From Oculina patagonica (Eukaryota), in the NCBI RefSeq assembly GCF_052425735.1, contig NC_135770.1:33790001-33854000 (forward strand): a stretch of 64,000 bases of DNA, given 5' to 3'. This document shows positions 40,037-53,681 of this stretch, in pieces. The first letter of the stretch is position 1. Every line of letters begins with the position of its first letter. The position numbers and the translations under genes are program-made. Under the pieces are notes generated by a model. It was given only the letters and a program-made list of their open reading frames with translations. It searched no databases and was not told where the DNA came from.

Positions 40037-40874
40037 CTATATGTCATAGTCACCATGGAAAATTCTCGAAAACTTTCTTTCCCTATGTTCCACAAATGCG
40101 ACTTTGATAAATATCGTATCGTCTTTGATGTAGGAGCGTGAGTACAAGTCTTTGTGAAATACGAACTCCCAAACGCCACAAGCTGGCTCCGAGTCTTCGG
40201 ATGGTCTTGCCAATCCCTCGGCGGGTTGGTGTTGAAGTTCTTTTCTTAAATGCCTTCTTTTTTCCACTAACTCATTTTGGTCTAACAAGGTGAAAACCAC
40301 AGAGTCTTGAAAAGGCCATATCAGAAGTCCATCATATTCCCCGATCAGAACCCTGAGATAAATTGACATAAATTCACCCTTCTCGTCAACGTTATCATTG
40401 GTGTAGTAGCCATCGGGATAAAGCTCGACCCCGAATTTGTAGCCATTGTAGGTAGAGTAGAACGGATCGCTAATTATTACTCTGCTCTCGTTTGATTTAG
40501 CAGCCTCCATGGTAGATGAAAAGTTCGATATTTTCCATAAAAAGGGGGAATTCTGTAAGCGTTCTAACTTTCCTTCAAGGCGAGTTATCGTTTGAGCTTG
40601 TTCCTGGATTGTCTTTGACATATTAACCATACTCTTACAAGCCAGTAGTAGATGACTGTCCTTTAATGCATCAAAATGAGCTTGGGAATCACGCCTCTGA
40701 AACTAAGTGAAACGAAATATTACACTTACAATTCCAGTTTGCAACAGAATAGCACGTAAGTACTTAAGCAATAGCCTCCATTTGGCGCGAAAATATTTAA
40801 CAATTATTCCACGAGCGCGCGTTGGATATGAGATGTTTATAGAGGCGCGTAGCGCCGGCTTGGCTATAACGATT

Positions 40875-40905
<31 letters not shown>

Positions 40906-41349
40906 TTTTATTAAAAACGCCCAAAGAATTGCAATATTTGAGCTCCCCAGCTGTTTTCATTGACGCGTATCAGCCACCATATTTGTGGTCAATGGTATAT
41001 GAGCTCATATACCATTGCTTGTTAACCAATCAAAACTCAGGAATTGCAATACACCATTGCTAGTTTTTAATAAACTCTGAGATTGTCTCCAGACAAATTA
41101 TTTAATCCGAGAAGTGATACGTTTCTCGAAAGCGAAGCTCAAGAAATACTGTGATTTTCTGGAAACAGATAATGTCCAAGCTAGGAAAAAAGTATCTGTG
41201 CATATTTTGGAAGCCAAATGGAGGCTATTGTGTTTATTTATCCACAAGGATGCACTGATTATCGATTATTGGGGATGGAGTCATCTGACACAGATTCTTG
41301 TTCTTTCGTATTTCAGGCTACCGTGCGGGAGGTCTCGAGTCCCAGACCA

Positions 41350-41385
<36 letters not shown>

Positions 41386-41633
41386 TATGCTGCCTTTGCA
41401 ATGACGTCTACAAATGGTTTGATATTCTAGTCTTCTCGGATAAGGACGATAAACCGTATGCCCCGTCTCCTGCATCTTCAGTGTTGTGGTCAGCAGGGGA
41501 CGTAAAAGAACCCACACACTTATCGCAAAGAGAAGGGCATGAATTTCCCGGTGTTGTGGTCTGGTCTTTGCCCATTGCTCGGAGATATTAGCTGTATAAG
41601 CTACTCTACAAATCCGAGGGTAAACAAAATTGG

Positions 41634-41672
<39 letters not shown>

Positions 41673-44600
41673 CATCGTACCTTGATTGTACATCCTATTG
41701 CACTGAATTCACAGTCTATCACAGTCAGGGGACAAAGCTTTTCAGTGTGGCGACTGACCTGTCAGAGACAAAAACTGTCAACAATCCACTACATACACAA
41801 AGATTCCAGCAATCATACACGTAAGAGGTCCTAAGAGTGGTCGGAGAAGCGCATATCTGTGTGTTTTTTTTGGCTAAGGTAAGGAGGGAGGGCCCCCTTT
41901 TAAAACACACTTCCATTTCCTTATTATGAATCTGAGCACATTTTACCTCACCTTTCATATTATTGCGTTGAAGTATCAAGAAAGTTTTAGAACATGCATG
42001 TAAGGACGTGTTTAAAGAGAACTACAGTCAACTCTCTCTTAAACAGACACCGTCGGGACCGCCTCCAACTATAAAAATATAAAAATATTATAAAAAAATA
42101 TATTATATAGGGAGTTTAGTTACAGTAAAATGACTGAAAAACGGCAAGGTTTAGTTTCAGTAAAATGACTGAAAAACGGCAAGGACCATCACAAGGTGTC
42201 CGTCTTTAAAAGGTGTCTGTCTCATAGAGGTGTCCGTTAGACAGAGTTGACTGTAATTCATATTAAGAGCTTGCATAGGATTGAAAGATAACATTACCTC
42301 TTCTCTTGGTATGTTCTTCACGCCACACTTGTTACTACACTCTACTGGAAACTTCGGACAGACTTCATTGTGAGCCTGTTAAAGTAGGGTACAGAAAAGT
42401 AAAACAAAATGAATCTGCTTAGAACCAGAAATAGGCTTCATGTGATGAATGCTTACTTTCTCGATCAAATCAAAAGAAATCACCAGTAACCAATAGCCTT
42501 TATTTAACGTGGTTAAATGTGCATTTAATAACTACTTCACAGACATGCGTATTCGCGTAAAAAAATCTATATGAAAATATATTAAGAATTAAAATTAACA
42601 GTTGATCATGTATCAATTTACATTATGTTGTGAACGTTGATTGAAAAACATGTATACGTATTTACATGATTAAAATGTAAAATTCGAGAAATCTAACTTA
42701 GAAATCAATTTCTTAAATGTTCTGATTTTGTTTGATGAACGAATTTGATCGGGAAGAGCATTCCAAATCTTAGCAGCAGTACATGTGTATAACGCCATAG
42801 CTTCATAGTCCATAGGTTGTTGTGAAAAGAAAGAAAGAAAATACTCAATATTTAGAAAAGATCAACGTGTTTGTTTGGGAAGAAATGATGATGCTGCGAT
42901 GGTTTTCAAAAAGTTCTAAGAGCTGCAACAACTAACCTGTTTTTCCAGTTTAGGAAAGCGTTCAGAGCAGAAGGCGCATTCAATCACGGACCAGAGGCAC
43001 GTGGTCTCCACGTGGGTGATGATATCCTTGCGAAGAACTTTTTCATCGCAGCCCGCGTTAATACATTGTACACGTTGAAAACTGCACTCCCCTTCGTGTT
43101 TCTGAGAACGTAACAACAAATGAGCACTGCTTATTACTTTGAGACAAAAAATTAAATAATCTCGCCCCTTACGCCCTCACTGAACACCATAACACATTCC
43201 ATTCTTTATGAATATATTGCAGGTTAAGCGGTTTTCAGGTTAAATCCGTTTGAAGCGTAGTTTAATCTGATTCAACCCGAGGATAACAATGTATCGGACT
43301 TTCTATTAATGAATTCAAGTTAGTTTATGTCATTGTAATGTACCAGTCAAATCGAAGGTTCAACATCCCCCCCGGGCAACACCCCGGGCATTTGAATTAA
43401 TTTTTTGAAAAACTTGTGTTCAAATTCCCCCCTCCCCGGGCCAAAAAGCCGTTCAAATGCCCCACCATAGATCCATTTCAGGTCATTAGAAATGCCTTTT
43501 TCCAAGAATTAATTCACGCGCCAAGTTAGCAGACAAGTTTAAAATACAGGAAAAAGCGTTTGTAGCCCTTCGCCTCTTATCCAAGTTGTCACAAAGCGGT
43601 AATCTTTTCTTTTAAAATCCTTAAACTCGCCATTTCGGACCTCAGTTTCGGCCTCCGACATGATTTATCAGCCCACGTTCACTCACTGGGACACGTAGCA
43701 CGGAATCGAGGTTAGAGTTCAAATTCCCCACCCAATATGAGTTGTGATCAAATTCCCCACCCCCAGGGACAGCAAAGGCTTCAAATGCCCGGGGTATGCC
43801 CGGGGGGTATGTTGAACCTTCGATTTGACTGATACATAAAGTGCTATCTTCAGTTGAAGCAGATTAATCTAGGTCGGAAACGGATTTAACCTGCATCATA
43901 TACGGTGTGGAATCGTGAAACGTGATCTGTTAAGTAGCTTTGAACGGCTTGATTTACCACAAATATCTCTGAAACAAGAATGTAACTTTTAATTTTCCGT
44001 GACTTTGATTCTGTGATCAAAACTAGTAATTCGCTCGGAAACGTAAAAACATCGTTTTATTTTTTTATGAATCGTGATCTGGATCCCCTTCCCCTTGTAA
44101 AAAAAACTGAACAGTCAAGATGGCTGACAAGTGAAAATGTTTTTATTCCTCGTGCTTAGTCATGTGAGGTGGGAGAGTCTTACTTGACACATTTATATCA
44201 CACCCCTCTCCGACCTCCCCCTTCACCACACCCTTCAGGGCTTCACGTTTGCTACCACGGTTCATTTAGAAATATCTGCGTGTCAGTAGGTCGTATTTTC
44301 GAAAATCATTTGCTCAACAACGTTGTCCTTAAACGTACTGTGAGGCTAAATCCTGATCATGATATCCTATCTAACCCACCTAACCACTTATGCGCTGTCA
44401 TAAATTAAAATGATTGCCCAGAACAATTTTAGTAGTTTTGGTAGTCTTCTCCGCAGACGTTTCTTGTCACGTCACATAGGGCATAGTTACGCAGTTGCGT
44501 GACGAACCTAATTACGCATACGCCTACGGAGTTTGGAAGAAACGTTAAATTGATCACATGATTATTTAAAAAAAAAAAAAAAAAAAAAAAATGGTTACCG

Positions 44601-47342
44601 TGACATCTCTAAGTTCTCCGATCCAAGAACAATCCATATTAGGACATTTGACCAGCGCATCAAGTATTTTACGATGACACGCAACATCTGAGAAAACCTG
44701 AAAAAAAAAAAAAACATGATTAAAGAAACTGAAATATATCATCAATTAAGGCCTGAATAGATTGGTTCTGACAAGATTTGAGGTTTTACAAAACTACGGA
44801 AGAAAACTATAATTGTAGGTAAACGTGGCGTCCTCGTTATGGGGTAAATTTAGTTCTCTCACTAAATCACTGAATCGACCTATATTCCTTTAAACTAGTA
44901 GTAATCAGAGATCAGGGGAGTGCGTTCGACCTATAGGTAAAATAGACCCAAGGTAAGCAGGCAGTGGCAAAAAAACCGACATGGTCGGCCTACTTGTAGT
45001 ATGCCTTATGTCAAAGTTAGTTACTATGCTTCAGTACCGAACCAAACGCGAGGAGGATAAGTGTGAGAAAGATTGTGTGACGAGCCAAAAGAACATAGAA
45101 TGAATGAAATATTATGTACACAAAAATAATTATTTATTTCACTTGACCTGTTATCGTTTGGCACTATCGTTTTCCACAAACTTCTGGAAATACTTTTACT
45201 TCGATTTAAAATTCCACAGACATAATTCACACAGTAATCCACTACACGCATATTACATTCACACAACGATTTCCTCGTCAAAACGTCTAGTGTTTCTAGG
45301 AATAACGATATACCACAAATTCAAAGAAATGATAAAACAATTTCGATCCGTATTATACCCACTCTCGAGGCATTTAATTCTAACAATTTGTAGTTTTGTG
45401 CAACATATAATAATTGCAGGAAAATACGCTGGTTTACCTACGAACGAACTCCGTACGAAACTACGCATCGACTTACTCGATTTCCACTCTTTTTATGACG
45501 TTCGGTGGCTGAAGACAACTCTGCTACCTTGGATAATAACCATGACATTTTTGGCAAAATAACAATTTTGACAACACGTTTTTAACCCTTTTTTCAAGCA
45601 AAATAATGTTTCTAAGCTGCGTTTGGGACGCCATCTTGTTTTACATGAAATCGAGGCCATATGTGGCTACCAGTTTCCCGGCCGAGAATTGCCCCTGCAA
45701 AAATCAATCGGGGCGGCCAATCTGGCGTCCATACATCTGCGCGCGCATTAAGGCTCGATTCATTCCGCATAACAGTACACAGGCATACCAACTCAAAAGA
45801 CACAGGACACAAAAACAAAATTAGGCTTGCGCTCTCCTTCGTCGAACGCAATCATGTGATACTCATGAATTACATGTGACATTTCGATATGATGCCAGAA
45901 TTGTTTTAATTTCTTACTTTTAATGTTACCAAATACGATTACCTTTAGTTCAACTGAACTTCACCTGGGTATAAATCAGATTTTAAAATGCGATTTATAA
46001 TGAGCTCGCGCGAAACGTGTACAAATACGTGGGCGAATAGTGTTGATCACGCGAGGACTCGAAAGATGTTTTGTCGCTTTATTGAATTCCGAGCTTTTCA
46101 ATCAGCTTTCCAAAGAAGTTTACAACGCTTTGTTGGTCGCTTAGCTGTTTATTGCTTCACGACTATTACGTATCCAGTGTCACAAGAGAGGAACATTAAA
46201 AGTAGCACAAAATATCACGACATATTTACACTACTTCCGGTTAATTTTCCGCGTTCTCTGTTACATCAGGCATATTTTAAGAACAGGATGTTATCCTTTT
46301 AGGAAAGAGCAAGTTTTATTCATGGCCTTCAAAGTTTTCTTTTAATCTTTAAGAACTCTGGCAAGTGAATGCTTATCGAGTATAAGGGAAGTTTACAGGA
46401 CTGGCAATCTTCTCCGAGCAAGCACAAAGCACTCTGAGCATAATTATTATACAGGAATAAAATAATACCCTTTCGGTTGATATAGGCTCTCTGTCTGCAG
46501 GGCACTGTGGCGTTTCAGATCTAAAAGCAAGAGGCATGACAAAGCGTTACCCAACAAATAAATTTTAAAAAGATTGTCTGAGATATATTTTTTTAGAATT
46601 ATAAGCACATTCGCTTTATTATGCTGTGAGAGAACTGATAGTGTTTTCTCTCGATCTGTCCTCCACGAAAAGCGAACACTGAATTTTAATATTTATATTC
46701 CTAAATTTATGGATTGATTCGGTTCACTTGTTTCGTCGTTGTATCAAGTTGTTAAATGAATGTCATGAATAACAGTGAATAACCAAACTTCAAAACGTTT
46801 ATAATTTATCGGATCGAGTTAAGTTCTCCCTAATAAAGTGAAGTCCAAATAAGATGAAAGGTTTTAACAGTGTAAATTCTGCGTTAGATAGTAACACTGA
46901 GTTTTTTCGCTATGGACGGTTATGCTATGTTCGAGTTTGTTTATATTCAACATTCCATGTTCTTTCGCAACCTCAAAGACCACCATAATATTTCGGCTCA
47001 ACTTGTTCTTTCGTTAAATAAAAAGTAAAATACTTTGCCTTCCATGCTAGGAGATTTGCTAAGTTTTGGTTCGCGAAGTGATCATAAAACGTCTGCAATG
47101 AGTTACAGATATACGTTTAAGCAGGTTTAAGTGATTTCGTATTTTATACAACAGACTTGTAGTTTACGTTTTTACCTCAATATTGTTGCAACACAGATCT
47201 CACAAAGTCTGTGACCGCATTTTTCGATTTGAACTGGATCTTTAAGTGGTAACTGGCACACAAGGCATTCCCAGTCATCAGGGATTTCGCCAACAAACTC
47301 GTATTCATAGCCTCCAAGATCAGGCACTCCGCCCGCCGCCAT
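40037..47342 (-). CDS. TRAF-like gene 5 (RING, 5 zinc fingers, coiled coil, MATH), about 434 aa, 7 exons
   Basis: Minus-strand exons 47342-47176, 46520-46469, 44697-44599, 43101-42937, 42375-42298, 41758-41681, 40702-40037; GT-AG and in frame (1305 nt). RING CLVC...CGHRLCEIC...CPAD; MATH FLWKI, YPDG, GEYDGLLIWPF, YIKDDTIFI. Confidence 0.92.
41325..41672 (+). mobile_element. SINE-like repeat ending in a (GAT)n tail
   Basis: Decayed B-box-like start, body CTCAGGGTCTTAAAATAACTGAGGAG...GGACGTAAAAGAACCC, about 13 GAT units abutting the donor of gene 5 exon 6. Confidence 0.6.
42025..42253. mobile_element. Tc1/pogo-type MITE (TA TSD)
   Basis: TA|CAGTCAACTCT ... AGAGTTGACTG|TA. Confidence 0.75.
43339..43836. 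mobile_element. PIF/Harbinger-like MITE (TAA TSD)
   Basis: TAA|TGTACCAGTCAAATCGAAGGTTCAACAT ... ATGTTGAACCTTCGATTTGACTGATACA|TAA. Confidence 0.8.
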
Positions 47343-48929
47343 TTTGCACAAAAACGGAAGCGATCAGGGAAGCGACAAATATACGAGCGTGACCATAGTC
47401 ACGCACTGTGTCGGTTCTGTGGGGGGTGGAGTGGGGCTGAGCCGCTTGGGCTCACGAAATGCTTGAGTATTTTCTCATTGTTTAATGTTGGAGAAATTTT
47501 AAAACACTCCAGTATGGCGGGTTGTTAGTCCTTGATATAATGGCATTGCTTCAATTGGCGTAAAACGTAGCAATTTATTCTTAAAGGTGCTCAAATAAAA
47601 GGCTACAAAAGGTTTTACTCTTGCCAGTCTCAGCGGCAAACAAACTACTTCGATTGATCGTCCTGAATAATCAGGCAAGGTGGGAAATAGATTTTAGTTT
47701 ATAAAATTCTACAGAATTAACAAAACTGAACCATGACTACCGCACAACTGCTTATTAAAGTGATTTAAAGGGCAAAATAATTCGGCTTATAACCCACCGA
47801 TTAATTTTCGCGCGCGCTCATTGGACAAAACGCATCACGTGGTACAAAATCGGACGACGGGTATCAGCGAATATACCCCGTCCGATTTGATATCCGTCGC
47901 CCGATTTTGTAGGCAAGCACAAAACAAACGAATGAAGTCACCTTATTCAATTCTAAATTTTAATGAATTTTACAGAGTTGTAAAATCACGTGAACCAATC
48001 AACTTACATTTGTTTCAACCACAGTTACGCCGGGCTCTTTCCTATAAATTTACTGACAATAAAGCGCGATGTAGAAATTAATCGGAGGGTTATAAAATAA
48101 ATAAACCCCTTTCTGGCTTGCTGGTATATTGGAAGATAATGCCCTTGGCTGAAAGATTGTCCTCAAAATTTCACAGTTGCCCTCGAAGCTACGCTTCTCG
48201 GCCAACTGTTCATTTTTCGACAATCGTTCAGCCTCGGGCATTATCCTCCAATATACCAGCCACCTGAAGGGGTTTATTTACTAATTAACTAATATATCAT
48301 ACTTCGGCAGGTTGATAGTCATACACTAATGATGAAAATTCGTTCATTGCCTTTCGGATTACGCTCTTGGCGGGGCTAAAGTAAACTGCAAAATTGTGTT
48401 CGGTGGAAATTAAAAGAAAATCTTGGGACTAAAGATAGAGCGAGACTGCAACTTTTATGCCGTTCAAATGACAAAATATACATAGTTATGTGGGTACACA
48501 CCAGCCGATATCGTGCTAAAGGAGGAAAGCGGGGAGTTGGGGCAAAATGAAGTAGGTCCTTTATGGCGAGATACTGCTGACAGAAACACATGACAAATAA
48601 AATGACCCGATAGAAAACCTTCTTTATTCTTTCGTGTATTTTACTGGTCTACAAATCACAATCGCTAGGATTTCTGCGTATCTAGCCAACGACTTTATCA
48701 GCTGACCCAGATATGAAAGAGTAAGGTGGCGGCGGGCATGTTGCAAGGGCGTTAGACAAGTGTCACAGGTGGGGCCCTTTTTCGCCCGATAATGGGCCCT
48801 ATGTCTTTCAGGTATGGGGCTCTTCTTAGATATGCCTGCCTCGACAAAGCTATCAAGGCCTTTGGAGACAAGCTTTAATTAATGGTAATTGGCTTACGAA
48901 TTAATTTGTAGACTACTGAACAGATCCGG

Positions 48930-51900
48930 TTAAACCGGTTTGTCCGCTGGACTAACTTCAAACTTAATAAATAAAGTACCATCTACAACATATGAGCCTG
49001 TTCGGAGCTTTTCATGAGAGAAAAACCTTCCAAAACCACGTCTTTCATTTTCATCACTTTCCGGCCGTTGCATACTCTTCCATGAGGGTTCAGGGATAAA
49101 CGACTTAACAAAATTATGCCTTTGCATCAGGTCAGGGTTTTGGTCAATAATAGTTAGTGTCACTTTGTATAGAAAAGGCCAGGGCAATATAGCGTCGTAT
49201 TTACCCCTCATTAGTGCAATATAAAGTGATATATGAGCGTTTCTCGCCTCTTTTGTGCCATTAGGGTACATAGCTAATTTCATCTTATACCCTTGAGGAC
49301 CGACGTAGAATGCATCGCTTTCGACTCGAATCTCTTTGTCCTGTTTGGCTTTGCTGACTCGCTCCCAAAAGTCGGACAATTTCCATATAAACGGCGCGAA
49401 TGTTTCCATTTCTTTATGTTTTAGCTTCATTTGAGTTACATCCTTCTCAAGTCCAGTAAGTTTGGAGTTCACTGTGTGATAATTAGCTTTCATCTGTTCC
49501 AGTTCTCGTCTCAGGATTTTAGTCTCGTCTTGTACTTCACCAAGTTTTTCTACAGACAGCTCAAAATGCAGTCGTAAGCTTTGCTCCAGATGATCGTTCA
49601 CGTCGCATCGTTTAATCTAAAAAGAGATAGAAATCTAGTAAATAAAAAATCCAGAATATATCTAGTAACAACAGTGAACCTTCAAGGGAAAATCAAATTG
49701 GTTTATGCACGAAGTTTGGTTAAAGTTGCAGTGTTCGACCGGGTGAAGCAAATCAAAAGAGAATGGACTCGAGAATTGGGATTACACTGTAGTTCAACTC
49801 GTAACAATCTTTTATATTTGAAAGAGTAAATTTACTGCGCTGTGGAGTCACCTCAAAGCTGACATAAAAAGGAGGGTCTCAATGGGGTGGTGGCTTTTAC
49901 GGTTAACGGTTAATATTTTGGCTTTTTTTACGACTAACGGTTAATTTCTTTCCATAAGGGTTAGCAGAAGAGGTAAAAATTAATTTACATTGTTTTAAAA
50001 AAGTTGAAAATTAGTTTTCATTGTAAAAGGATTAAAAGTTACCATTGCTGTAAAACAAATTTAAAGGTCTTTAGAACATTTTTGGGTGAAAAAGTAGCCT
50101 ATTATATTAAATATTATTTTGCCACTAATTTCCACGAGGCAGTACAGTATCAGGTTAAAATTAATCTTGGCCAAACTTCTTGGCTCGTTCGTTACGGTAA
50201 ACATATTTTACGACTAACGTTTTTTTATAATTACGCCTAGCGGCTAAATTTTTGGCCTTATTACGGCTGACGGTTAAACCCATTTAGACCCTCTAATAGC
50301 TGTACGCGTCTTCACGGAAGCGTTAAGTTTTACTTTAGGTGTCTTTACTTTACAGTGCACTGTGAGTCTTGGTTTCCTTTTAGGCAACTTAACCGTTTCA
50401 CGAAGTTGTGGGAAGTCTTTTCAGGTAAAAAAAATTCAGTGTTGTAGAAAGATTTCTTGGCGATGAAACATATGATAAGGAAAGAACGAACGTTAAAATT
50501 TAACGCCCTAATACAGTATACATAAGTATTTGTTCATGGGTCATATCTATCTTTAAAACTAAACTTTGGAGGCCAACACTTGATGAACAAACTCCCCATG
50601 ATTTTAAACAAAACTCAGAACTTACAATATTTTACCTTAACGTTGCAGCCCAGGTAGTCGTATTTGCAGTTTACAACCGTTTGAGAACAAACGACATCCT
50701 GATGAGCCGTCATCTAAACAAGAAAGTCATCAAAAATAAGACTTTTTTTGAACTTCAAATAATATTCTACAGTTTGACGTTGTTCGTGACGTTTTGGTAT
50801 CAGGAATAAAGCCGTCTGCTAAAATGTTGGCCTTTGATCTTAAACCTGTTGCTAAGTAACAAGCCTTGACGACATAAATGACGACGTGCAAAACCGTGGA
50901 GCGCAAACACCAAAAAGAACGCCGCTTGGGAGTGTTCGCTCTATATTGCTAATGCACAGAAAAGATGAAACATGTTCCGATACTTCGAGGATTAGAAAGT
51001 TAGAATCAAATACTAGACAACTCTTTTACTCCCTATAATATCAAGTGTAGTGACGTCTTCATTAATCACACTGAAAATTATACCTCCTCTTTAGCAAAGA
51101 CCTCGCCACACCCATTGGAACATTCAGTAGGGCGTCTTCGACATTCTGAGGCGTGTTTCTGTTGACAAACAGTATAACGCAATCTTTTTTTGCTCAGAAC
51201 TTAGAAATACAAAGGTGAGATTCACAATAAAAAAGTCGAGTATTTTAACAATAAATTAAAACTAGATATAAAGCCTGGAGCTAGCGTTAATGAACCGTCA
51301 GCTGGTTGAGTTTCCACAACCATCTAACTTTTGATCAGGCGTCTTGAAAAAAAAATGTAGGGAGGGAGGGCAGGATCACAGATCAGCATCCATCCTTCTA
51401 TGCTGATATAACAACGTGTGACAACAAAAAGGCGAGGTGAAGGATATGTGTATTTTGACCTGGAGCGATTTGGTAAAGATTATCTCAAGGGCGATTGTAC
51501 GTCCCTCCTTACTTTTGAACTATACCTAAGGTCTTATAAATTTTCAGGATTGTATAAACATACGGTTTACATTTACCTCTTCGTCGAATTTAGCGTGTTT
51601 CTCGTCACAGTGACCACAGTGCACTGTTCTCCACTGACATGTGTTAATCACGTGGTCGTTCACAAGTCTCCTCTCTAGTGTTATTTGACAGCGAGAATTG
51701 GGACATGAAATTACTTTGTAATCACAGCTCTGTAGATGGGTCTGTGGAAAGGGGACAAAGTCATTTCAAATTCGATGAATTCAAATATATTATTTATAGA
51801 TTTTGTACAACACTTTTTCGATACTTTTTCAATTTTCTCTTTCTTACCCCCCGACTCAATGAAATGTGAAAACATGTTCCAATGCCAGAACAGGAAATTT

Positions 51901-53612
51901 AGATAGCTAAACAAATTTAATTGAAAAAAGTTCGTTTGCGTTACATCTAATTCGAACAAACTTTTAAAAAATTTCCAGACCACATCCGTATACTTTTCTC
52001 TATCTGGAAAACACGATTTAAAAGCTTTGAGGAACTGATCGATACGTTTTTATTCTTACAAGGGCAGAATTTCATTATTTGTAATGAAGCGTTTTATACC
52101 TCAGCGTCTCTGGCCTCCCCAGTCCACTCGCATCCTACGCTTGGGCACCTCACATGACAAGACAGGATGTTCCTCTCTGTGGCTTTGTCGGGAAATATGT
52201 CCTGAGCAGTAAAACAGCAATTATTAATGAAAATCAATATATTCACGTCCACTGAAACAAGACAAAGGAGCAAAACACAGATTTTAAAACGTGGTTGCTG
52301 CTGATGGGAAAAAAATTATGTTGCTTCCCACATGTACACCATATTCATAAATGGCGGAACGCACGGAAGAGTTTGGGTCGAGTACATAGAAGCGAGGCTA
52401 GTGCGGCTTAGCTTAACAAAGCAAAGTATGGCGAATGGAAGAAGTATCTCTTGTAATTCTTGAAATATCTCGTGAGTTACTGAAATTGATTCTTGGCTGT
52501 CGGAGACTGCTTATAAATTCCCTGGGTTTTCAACTGCAGATAAAGTCGTATGGTGTCGAAGTCAACACAAATTGGTGGGTAAATATCTTCGGAAAATCGC
52601 ATCGATATTCTTGGTCTCTTCACTGCTTACTCGTGTGCAGTTGTTATCCACGCTACCTTAAGCTTTTTTATTAAAAAAAAAAATAGCCGCAGACGACTGG
52701 CATTTCAGGCCACGTCCAGGCTACCGCTCACCAAACATCTTATCCTGGCTTCGCCGCTCGTCCAAAACCTCCGCGGGACAAGAAAGCCTGTTCGCAGGCC
52801 AACTGTGATTTAGTTATTTACCATCATTGATCTACACATTATCTCTTCTCATAATATCAACAAGCTGTCAAGGAGACAGCAAATGAAAATATAGAAAAAC
52901 GTCAATTAGTCTAGGGAACTGTGTGTCCATGTATTACCAACTGATTCTCAAAACTAACATTAAAAGAAATTTATGGTAGTCTGTAGGGAGAATGTAGAAT
53001 TTTATCACAGTCTCCAAAGATCATACTTATGTTTTGTGTTAACTGTTTAATTTTTTTTCAAGCTTTCAAGCTAAGTTCGTCAAGGCTTTAATGATTAACT
53101 GCCATTTTTAAGAACTTTTAAGTTAAAATTTGAATAAAGATTTAGCTTGCAGGTGCTCAAGTAAATCGGATTTTTTCAAGTGAATCGGTTTGTCTTGTCG
53201 CGTGTCGGTGACAAAGCCTGGGTTTTTGTTAACATTTTGAATAAGAGGGACAAATTTTCATATAGGAGGGACCAAAATGGCGGCGTAGCCGGCATGTATT
53301 GGCACGCAGTGCCAATTGGGGGTAGGTGTGGGAGGGGGTCGCCCCCCTCCCACTGGGGGGGTATGGGGGGCCTCCCCCAGGAAATTTTTGAATTTTGAAG
53401 TCCAAACGGGCGCATTTCAGGCCAGTTTTGCTCACTTTGTCTCCTTGTTGTAGCTGCTGCAATAGAGAATTTTATTGCTTTGAAATGTAAATTTTTTTGG
53501 TTCTCATACCAATAATAAAAACAACAGGTAATAAATTAGAACAGGTTTAATTTATGTTTATTTTTATTTCAAAAATGTGGTTCAAAAGAGTATGAATAGT
53601 ATAATATTGCAT

Positions 53613-53681
<69 letters not shown>

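Noticed and set aside
39692-40141. 149-aa plus-strand ORF
   Set aside because: Antisense to the end and 3' UTR of gene 5, AT-rich, non-ATG start, no recognisable motif.
41630-41824. Poly-Met ORF (and poly-Ile ORF at 53577-53780)
   Set aside because: Translations of (GAT)n and (AAT)n microsatellites.
45104-45562. 152-aa ORF
   Set aside because: Antisense within gene 5 intron 2, low-complexity composition, no domain signature.
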